A stretch of DNA of 64,000 bases from Bacteroidales bacterium UBA3843 (GTDB lineage Bacteria; Bacteroidota; Bacteroidia; Bacteroidales; Paludibacteraceae), in the NCBI GenBank assembly GCA_002392745.1, contig DGHR01000003.1, positions 65,154 to 129,153 on the forward strand. Reading direction: 5' to 3'. Below are positions 46,624 through 52,737 of this stretch, one piece after another (the stretch's first letter is position 1; each line of letters opens with the position of its first letter). The notes beneath the pieces were generated by a model, which did no database searches, was not told the origin of the DNA, and worked only from the letters and a program-made list of their open reading frames with translations. The position numbers and the translations under genes are program-made.

Positions 46624-47079
46624 ATGCAAATACGGTATTATTTATATAAATTTCTGTTGATGGCATGGCTGCTGATGCCAATAGCCGGCGCCAATGCCAG
46701 CAATGCCAATGACCGCACATCGGCGTATGCATCGTGGGGCTACAAGCCCTTGTATAGTACGGCTACGGCGAAACCCCAAGGGCGTGTTTACCAACTGAGC
46801 GGCAGTGTCCCGACATATCATTTCCGCTCTACCTCTCCGTATTCCTATGTGCCCGGTCAAACCACAACCCAGAGCTCTGTTCCGAGCGTCCTTCCTTCCC
46901 GTCCGCGAAAAGTAGGGGAGGGGGGCTCCGAATGGAACTGGGGCGACCCGGGGGAAGAGGACCCGATAGGCGTTTTGCCGGACCCTCAACCGGTTGGCGA
47001 ACCGCTCGTCCTGCTCCTCATGGCGGCGCTCTATCTCCTTTGCGCACGCATGTATGGCAAGCGAAAACAGCGTCTTTGA
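46624..47079 (+). CDS. hypothetical 151-aa protein: signal peptide, Ser/Thr/Pro/Tyr-rich middle, PEP-CTERM-like C-terminal anchor
   Basis: The ATG lies 6 nt after the giant-gene stop. N-terminus MQIRYYLYKFLLMAWLLMPIAGANA. C-terminus PVGEP-LVLLLMAALYLLCARMY-GKRKQRL (motif, TM helix, basic cluster). A strong terminator follows. Confidence 0.65.
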   Translation: MQIRYYLYKFLLMAWLLMPIAGANASNANDRTSAYASWGYKPLYSTATAKPQGRVYQLSGSVPTYHFRSTSPYSYVPGQTTTQSSVPSVLPSRPRKVGEGGSEWNWGDPGEEDPIGVLPDPQPVGEPLVLLLMAALYLLCARMYGKRKQRL

Positions 47080-47088
47080 TTTCCCCAA

Positions 47089-47118
47089 GCGCGGTCATTT
47101 CCTGACCGCGCTTTTCTT
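47089..47118 (+). terminator. rho-independent terminator closing the giant-gene unit
   Basis: GCGCGGTCA-tttcc-TGACCGCGC hairpin followed by TTTTCTTT. Confidence 0.75.
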
Positions 47119-47240
47119 TGCAGGTCTTGCTCTTGCGGGTAGTACCGCGAGCCCTCTGGATGAGCGAAGCGTTCCGGATCTGCCGGATTTTCTGGAAAAA
47201 AAATTACCCTCACACTTGCACCACTCAAAAAAAAGTTGTA

Positions 47241-47248
47241 CCTTTGCA
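47241..47248 (+). promoter_or_regulatory. candidate -7 box (TAccTTTG) embedded in the palindrome CCTTTGC-aggc-GCAAAGG, preceded by A8
   Basis: tcaaaaaaaagttgtacctttgcaggcgcaaaggtt; 33 of 36 nt are identical to 51361-51396. Confidence 0.4.
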
Positions 47249-47254
47249 GGCGCA

Positions 47255-47494
47255 AAGGTTTTTAAGTCCCCCAAGACGCTGATACCCGGAACGTCCTCCC
47301 GACGTAACGGGAGGAGTGGCCTCCGCCGAGGAGGGAAGTAAAAAATGAAATAAAAAAGCGCAAAGCGTTGCGCAATAACATATAACATACTAAAAGCGTT
47401 TGCTTTATTGATGGAGTATATTCATTTCTCGACAACTTGAATTTTGGCATCCTGAAATATAGCGAAACGCTCACGCTTAGGCGTGGGCTTTTCT
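47255..47494 (+). ncRNA. candidate orphan transcript (small RNA or long structured leader), about 240 nt; speculative
   Basis: It has a consensus-like promoter upstream and no ORF longer than 9 codons on this strand. Hairpins lie at 47295-47314 (CCTCCCG/CGGGAGG), 47320-47334 (CCTCC/GGAGG) and 47358-47373 (GCGCAA/TTGCGC). A terminator-like hairpin GCTCACGC-ttag-GCGTGGGC plus TTTTCT lies at 47469-47494. Confidence 0.25.
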
Positions 47495-47612
47495 GCGTAT
47501 ATTGGAGCCAAAAGGAGTCGAGACCTGAATATACCGATATACAATGCAAAAGGCTCACGTTTTTGTATGTCTATAAGTGGCGCGAAAATGGCTAAAAAAT
47601 AGACTACAAAAT

Positions 47613-49184
47613 ATGGCAGAATTAAGCAAAGTAAAAAGCGATTTGATTGCAGAGATTGAGAAACGTGTGGAAGACCATGTATTGGAACCGTCCAATGCAG
47701 AATTGCTGACCAAACTCATTTCTCAGGCGGACAATGACAACGAGGCAATTTCGATTGCTGCGTTGGGCACGACCTATAAGCGTACCGGTTTGCATTTTGA
47801 CAAACGGTTAGAGCGGTTGACGCATGACATCCGGTATTTCCGAAAGAATGATAAACTTAGTTTCCACACAGATAATAGCAAACCTACGCACAAACTCATC
47901 ATCGGCGATAACTATGAGGCTTTGCAGAATTTGCTGGTGCAATATACCGGTGCGATAGGTGTCATATATATTGACCCTCCTTATGGAAAGGACAGTATGG
48001 GTGAGTTTGCGCAAACGAACTACCAGAATGCTATCACGCGTGACAACCTGCTGTCTATGCTCTACCCGCGTCTGCAACTGGCTAAGCAACTATTGTCGGA
48101 CAGTGGCGTTATTTTCTGCTCAATAGACGACAAAAACCAAGCCTATGTCAAGTGCCTTTTTGATGAAGTTTTTGGAGAAAGCAATTTTATTGCGAATATA
48201 TGTCGTGAAGCAATAAAAGGCGGTACAAAGACAAAAAATATTAAGCAGGTTCACGATTATATAATTGTTTTTGCTAAGAATATTGCAGCAAATGAGAACG
48301 GAATATTATCAGGAGAGGAGTTCAGTGAGAACTATTCATATGATTATTTAGACGAAAAAGGATTTTTTGCTAAAGGTAGAGAATTAAACAAGTGGGGAGC
48401 GAGCTCAAGGCGAGAAGATTCTCCATCTATGTGGTTCCCAATTAAAGGACCAGAAGGAGACGTGTATCCAATAAGAAATGATGGCTCAGAAGGAAGGTGG
48501 AGATGGGGACGAGAAAAACTATTAAAAGCTGTAGATGAAAATGAGGTTATATTTGAGAAGAGGGAAGATGGTACTTATGTGGCATATGAAAAAATTAGAG
48601 ATAATAAGATAAAGAACAAACAACTAATATCGTTTCTTAAGGACTGTTTCTTAAATGCTAAGGGTAGCGAAGATTTGAAAGAAGTATTCAATACTCTTAT
48701 GTCTCCCTTTGATTATGCTAAACCTGTAAATTTAATTTCGTATCTAATAGAGAGCTTTCCCGAAGAAGATGCAATAATACTAGATTTCTTTGCAGGATCT
48801 GGGACTACAGGTCATGCAGTTTTAGATTTAAATAAGGATGGCGGCAACCGCACGTTTATTCTGTGTCAGATGAACGAGAAAACGGACACGACACCCAACG
48901 GCATTGCATATGATGTGACCGCCAAACGGCTCAAACGAATCATGACAGGCGAGTGTTATGACGGCACAAAGGATTTTGAATGGATCAAGAAGAACAAGCC
49001 TTACGGCGGCAATCTCGATGTCTATGAGATAGACAAAGTGGCGGATTTTGAATATACCGAAGGCAAGTCGCCTTTTGATGTGATAGACGAAACGCTCTAT
49101 GGTCAACCGCGTTTTGCTACGCTGCAAGAGAAAATAGATTGGGTGTGCTCGCATTTCGGCAACGCCCGCAAACAACTCGATTGA
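47613..49184 (+). CDS. mod: type III restriction-modification system methyltransferase (Mod), beta-class N6A/N4C MTase
   Basis: DPPY motif (VIYIDPPYGK) comes before FxGxG (LDFFAGSGTTGHA), the beta-class motif order. The ATG at 47613 is preferred over the GTG at 47577. The res gene follows after 1 nt. Confidence 0.88.
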   Translation: MAELSKVKSDLIAEIEKRVEDHVLEPSNAELLTKLISQADNDNEAISIAALGTTYKRTGLHFDKRLERLTHDIRYFRKNDKLSFHTDNSKPTHKLIIGDNYEALQNLLVQYTGAIGVIYIDPPYGKDSMGEFAQTNYQNAITRDNLLSMLYPRLQLAKQLLSDSGVIFCSIDDKNQAYVKCLFDEVFGESNFIANICREAIKGGTKTKNIKQVHDYIIVFAKNIAANENGILSGEEFSENYSYDYLDEKGFFAKGRELNKWGASSRREDSPSMWFPIKGPEGDVYPIRNDGSEGRWRWGREKLLKAVDENEVIFEKREDGTYVAYEKIRDNKIKNKQLISFLKDCFLNAKGSEDLKEVFNTLMSPFDYAKPVNLISYLIESFPEEDAIILDFFAGSGTTGHAVLDLNKDGGNRTFILCQMNEKTDTTPNGIAYDVTAKRLKRIMTGECYDGTKDFEWIKKNKPYGGNLDVYEIDKVADFEYTEGKSPFDVIDETLYGQPRFATLQEKIDWVCSHFGNARKQLD

Positions 49185-49185
49185 T

Positions 49186-51207
49186 ATGCTGCAAGAAATA
49201 AAAGATTTGCAACGCCGTGCAGTTGGCGAGTTGCTATTCAAGTCGGCGAAGAAACAAGAACTGACATTCCGTGCGCCAACCGGTAGCGGAAAGACCCATA
49301 TGATGGCGGATTTCATGAACCGGGTACTGGCTCAAAATCCCGATGTGGTCTTTCTCGTTTCCACGCTTTCCAAAGGCGATTTGGCGGGACAGAACTACCG
49401 CTCGTTCTGCAAGAGGCGTGAAGAAGGGGTGTTTCCAAATATCCATCCGTATCTTATCTCCACGAACATCAGCGGCGAGGAATCGCTCTATATACCAACG
49501 GACTACAACGTCTATGTGTTACCCCGCGACTTATTCAAAAAGAACGGTCGTTTGATGGCAGGTCCTATGACCGCTTTTTTAGAGCAACTGACGCGTGGAG
49601 AGTTATTCGGCGGTCAGAACAAACGCATTTATCTCATAAAAGACGAGTGCCACCAAGCGACAAACAATCTGGACGAGATCTCGCCGAAATTCTTTAGCAA
49701 GACATTCAATTTCTCCGCCACGCCAAACCTCAGACGCGGACAGATGCCGGATGTGCAGATAACCGACGACGAAGCCGTACAAGCCAAACTAATCAAACGA
49801 GTGGAATTTGGCGATGAGACTGCAACCGTAGAAGATGCGATTTGCAAGTTTGAGGAAGTCAAGCAGCAATACTTGTCATTGGATGTCAATCCGTGTCTCA
49901 TTATTCAGATTTCCAACAAAGAGAAAGCGGAAGAAGAGTGGCTGCGGAACATCAAACCCGTTCTGGACAAGACCGAGCACCAGAGCCTTAAATGGATGCT
50001 GATTGTCGATAAAGACAAAGATTGCGACACGAATGACGACCTCAAAAAACTGAAAGTCGATAAATGGAAAGAGTACGCAAAACTGCCTGCCTCCACGATA
50101 GATGTGATTATCTTCAAAATGGTTATTTCGGAAGGTTGGGATATTCCGCGTGCATGTATGTTGTACCAAGTACGCGACACCAAAAGCAAGCAGCTGGACG
50201 AGCAGGTGATGGGGCGTGTGCGGCGTAATCCGCGATTATTGGATTTCGAGACGCTGAATGCAGCGCAGCAAGAGTTAGCTACTACTGCGTGGATTTGGGG
50301 CATACTGCCGCAAGAGCGAACCAAAACGACGCAAGTGAGCCTTTGGAATGACGAGCAGATTCAGCATAAGATGTTGCTCAAAACAACCCGTATCCTCTTA
50401 CCTACCGAACGCAAGGATTTTAATGTAGAGGCTTTCTTTGAGACCCGGAAGAGTGTCGTGGCTCCGGAAGACATCTTTTCGCTGTACCATAAGCTGCAAG
50501 GTGCAGAGACCGATTTGCAGCACTTGTGTTATGAATACGCGGGTGAAAGCGTAGATAAATGGAAAGAGTTTATGATGAATATAGCAGCCGTACGGCATCA
50601 ATATAACCGGTTTATCTGCAACTATGAAGAAAGTATGGTCGTAGCAGAGGAAGAGACCTCTTTCCCGGCACGGTCATACTATCTGGAGACAGGCAATAAG
50701 AACTCAGCCGTCAAGAGCTGGGTGTGGCGCAAAGCATCCAACGGCGCGTTTACGTTTGACAGCGACGCAGAGAGCGAATGGGCGGGCATATTGCAAGAAG
50801 TAGCCGAGAAATACAGTGTGCGTATCGAACCCGGAGAGTTCTTCAACGAGGAAACGCGCTATCTATGGGGAAAGAATTTCTTGCCGAACTCGGAAATACG
50901 TTATGAGTATTACGCAGATGGTGTACATTCGTCGTATCCTGATTTTGTGATGAAAGATCAAATGGGGCGTATCCATCTGTTTGAAGTCAAGAGTGTCAAC
51001 CGCTCTGCCGGCACAAATATAGATTCCGCCGAGTATGAGGAAAAAGTGCGCCAACTGAAAGAGTGCTATCGCGCTTGCTCCAAGAAATTAGGCGGATATA
51101 TTTTCTACCTGCCGTTACTCAAAGAGGATACATGGCAAATTACTCGTTTTGACAATGGAGAGGAAACAATGCTAACCGAAGATGCATTCAGGGAATCCTT
51201 CAAATAA
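49186..51207 (+). CDS. res: type III restriction enzyme Res subunit (SF2 helicase plus PD-(D/E)xK nuclease)
   Basis: 673 aa with motif I APTGSGKTH, motif II DECH, FSATP, SEGWDIPRA and QVMGRVRRN. The C-terminal YPDFVMKD...IHLFEVKS is nuclease-like. Confidence 0.88.
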   Translation: MLQEIKDLQRRAVGELLFKSAKKQELTFRAPTGSGKTHMMADFMNRVLAQNPDVVFLVSTLSKGDLAGQNYRSFCKRREEGVFPNIHPYLISTNISGEESLYIPTDYNVYVLPRDLFKKNGRLMAGPMTAFLEQLTRGELFGGQNKRIYLIKDECHQATNNLDEISPKFFSKTFNFSATPNLRRGQMPDVQITDDEAVQAKLIKRVEFGDETATVEDAICKFEEVKQQYLSLDVNPCLIIQISNKEKAEEEWLRNIKPVLDKTEHQSLKWMLIVDKDKDCDTNDDLKKLKVDKWKEYAKLPASTIDVIIFKMVISEGWDIPRACMLYQVRDTKSKQLDEQVMGRVRRNPRLLDFETLNAAQQELATTAWIWGILPQERTKTTQVSLWNDEQIQHKMLLKTTRILLPTERKDFNVEAFFETRKSVVAPEDIFSLYHKLQGAETDLQHLCYEYAGESVDKWKEFMMNIAAVRHQYNRFICNYEESMVVAEEETSFPARSYYLETGNKNSAVKSWVWRKASNGAFTFDSDAESEWAGILQEVAEKYSVRIEPGEFFNEETRYLWGKNFLPNSEIRYEYYADGVHSSYPDFVMKDQMGRIHLFEVKSVNRSAGTNIDSAEYEEKVRQLKECYRACSKKLGGYIFYLPLLKEDTWQITRFDNGEETMLTEDAFRESFK

Positions 51208-51270
51208 ATCTCCATACTCTCAACCTTGATTAAACCGATGGAGTAGGATTATTCCGTTGTGTAAACATTT

Positions 51271-51300
51271 AGGGTGGGGCATTGCCTCGCCCTCTTTTTT
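51271..51300 (+). terminator. rho-independent terminator after res
   Basis: AGGGTGGGG-cattg-CCTCGCCCT hairpin (G-U pairs allowed) followed by CTTTTTT. Confidence 0.65.
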
Positions 51301-51374
51301 GCAAAACAATGTACGCAAAATCATTAGTGTCCATTTAAAATCACATTTTATTTGCATATCTCAAAAAAAAGTCG

Positions 51375-51382
51375 TACCTTTG
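51375..51382 (+). promoter_or_regulatory. candidate -7 box (TAccTTTG) embedded in the palindrome CCTTTGC-atcc-GCAAAGG, preceded by A8
   Basis: tcaaaaaaaagtcgtacctttgcatccgcaaaggtt, lying 96 nt upstream of the ATG at 51478. Confidence 0.45.
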
Positions 51383-51477
51383 CATCCGCAAAGGTTGTTT
51401 GTGACGATGATGGAAATGCGACCAATACATCGGACTTTGTATAAAGAAGGGAATAGCAACTTTGACCATCAGACTAT

Positions 51478-51672
51478 ATGCAAAAGTCAACTAAAAACAA
51501 ACTGAACATCTGGATTGGGGCGTTGATAGCCTTTATCTACGTCCTTATTCCGGTGGATTTGTCGCCCGATGCGGTGCCTGTCCTTGGATGGATTGATGAC
51601 ATTATTGCTATTCTGCTGGCCGTCGCCAACGGACTGCTTTGGGCCTCCAAAATCAAGAAAAACAAGGAGTAG
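51478..51672 (+). CDS. YkvA/DUF1232-family small membrane protein
   Basis: 64 aa. ALIAFIYVLIPVDLSPDAVPVLGWIDDIIAILLAV matches the DUF1232 signature (P.DL.PD..P..G..DD). Confidence 0.7.
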   Translation: MQKSTKNKLNIWIGALIAFIYVLIPVDLSPDAVPVLGWIDDIIAILLAVANGLLWASKIKKNKE

Positions 51673-51724
51673 GGCAGTGCCCTATACACTATAAACCATA
51701 AACCATACACCATACACAATCTAT

Positions 51725-51746
51725 CTCGACCGCGTGTCGAGTTTTT
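51725..51746 (+). terminator. rho-independent terminator
   Basis: CTCGAC-cgcgt-GTCGAG hairpin followed by TTTTT. Confidence 0.55.
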
Positions 51747-51761
51747 ATCGACCTTTTCTTC

Positions 51762-51928
51762 ATATTGAAGGGGGTGATTTCCGGGTGATTTCGGGGTGAT
51801 TTGGGGGTGATAAGGGGGAGATTGCTATAGCGTTAGAATACTTTTAGTGCAGAATTTTGCGCGAAAATTGGCACTTTGGCACTTTGGCACTTTACTTAAT
51901 CTAGTATATACGTAGTATATACTACAAA
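51762..51928 (+). repeat. composite repeat IR-R, the inverted partner of 5168-5326
   Basis: It contains GGGGTGATTTC-type 11-mers (51770-51818), GGCACTTT x3 (51870-51893) and TAGTATATAC x2 (51902-51911, 51913-51922). It aligns to the reverse complement of IR-L. Confidence 0.85.
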
Positions 51929-52018
51929 ATGCGTGTCAAATCAGCGATTTGAAAGAAAGTGGAGAAGAACCCTCCATATGATATGAATATTCATTAAACA
52001 ACTAAATCAGACGATATT

Positions 52019-52510
52019 ATGAGCCAAATTGAATTTACGGATCCGGTCAAATCAATGCGTGGAACACCTGTCAAAGGTAGCGGTTTGATTATGCGGAAAA
52101 AGAAGTTCCGCGCACCCACAGGAAAAGTGCTTAAAGAAGGAGTGCAGGAGTCGTACAAGATTGTCAATCCCCGCGATTACACACGAAATCCGCCTAAAGG
52201 TGCCGAATTAGCCAATATTTTGAGCTTTGCGGAGTCTAAACGTCGCTCGACCGAAATCATCAATGCCGGTAAACTTACGGACGATGAACTCGCAGCTATG
52301 ACTCCGGAACAACGTGCCAAAATGCTTGAACTGCGCACAGAATTGGAAAACTTCAAAAAGCGTTTCTACGCGCAGTTCAAACAGGCTGACCCGGAAGCGC
52401 CGTTCGAGAAGAAACCCGAACCAAACTCCATGAAACTCCGGCGAAAGCAATATTCCAAACTCGACAACTTCATCCAGGCAATCATGCGTGAGAGACTCAA
52501 AAAACAATAA
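52019..52510 (+). CDS. hypothetical Lys/Arg-rich protein
   Basis: 163-aa ORF with no recognisable motif. It lies about 90 nt downstream of IR-R. The coding assignment rests on ORF length and composition only. Confidence 0.55.
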   Translation: MSQIEFTDPVKSMRGTPVKGSGLIMRKKKFRAPTGKVLKEGVQESYKIVNPRDYTRNPPKGAELANILSFAESKRRSTEIINAGKLTDDELAAMTPEQRAKMLELRTELENFKKRFYAQFKQADPEAPFEKKPEPNSMKLRRKQYSKLDNFIQAIMRERLKKQ

Positions 52511-52737
52511 TCCGACATTCAGCTTACTGACATTATGGCAGTACATTTTTATTTGGTATAATTATTGTACAATTTCAACTGCAATATTTTATTTGTATTT
52601 CATATATATTGTTTATAAATCTAATCTGTATTATGTAAAATAGCATTTTTCGAGAACTCCCTATTTAGGGATATTCTTGAGAATATTACGGCGAAGATTC
52701 ACAATTTTTAACGGACACAAATGAACTAAAAAAGAAT

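Noticed and set aside
38077-46629. Very long minus-strand ORFs inside the giant gene (566 aa at 38077-39777, 772 aa at 40450-42768, 552 aa at 44971-46629, and others).
   Set aside because: All of them end at coordinates divisible by 3. They therefore lie in the antisense frame whose codons are aligned with the sense codons, where stops arise only from sense TTA, CTA and TCA codons. Those codons are rare throughout this window. Their products are Arg/Gly/Val/Ile-rich with no motifs, and the same phenomenon appears opposite every well-identified gene. They are shadow ORFs, not overlapping genes.
47255-47494. Whether the orphan transcript is SRP (4.5S) RNA or 6S RNA.
   Set aside because: It lacks the conserved SRP domain IV sequence (GGAAGCAG-type loop context). 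It also cannot fold into the long end-to-end imperfect duplex with a central bubble expected of 6S RNA. No known family could be assigned by eye.
47613-49184. Phase-variable simple-sequence repeats in the type III mod gene.
   Set aside because: I saw no homopolymer longer than about 8 nt and no tetra- or pentanucleotide tract in or just upstream of the coding sequence. The only anomaly is the AT-rich central cassette, which is reported separately.
51866-51895. TTGGCACTTTGGCACTTTGGCAC looked like sigma-54 -24/-12 elements (TGGCAC-N5-TTGCA).
   Set aside because: The GG-N10-GC spacing is not met in any register and there is no TTGC(A/T) element. The tract is an 8-nt tandem repeat instead.
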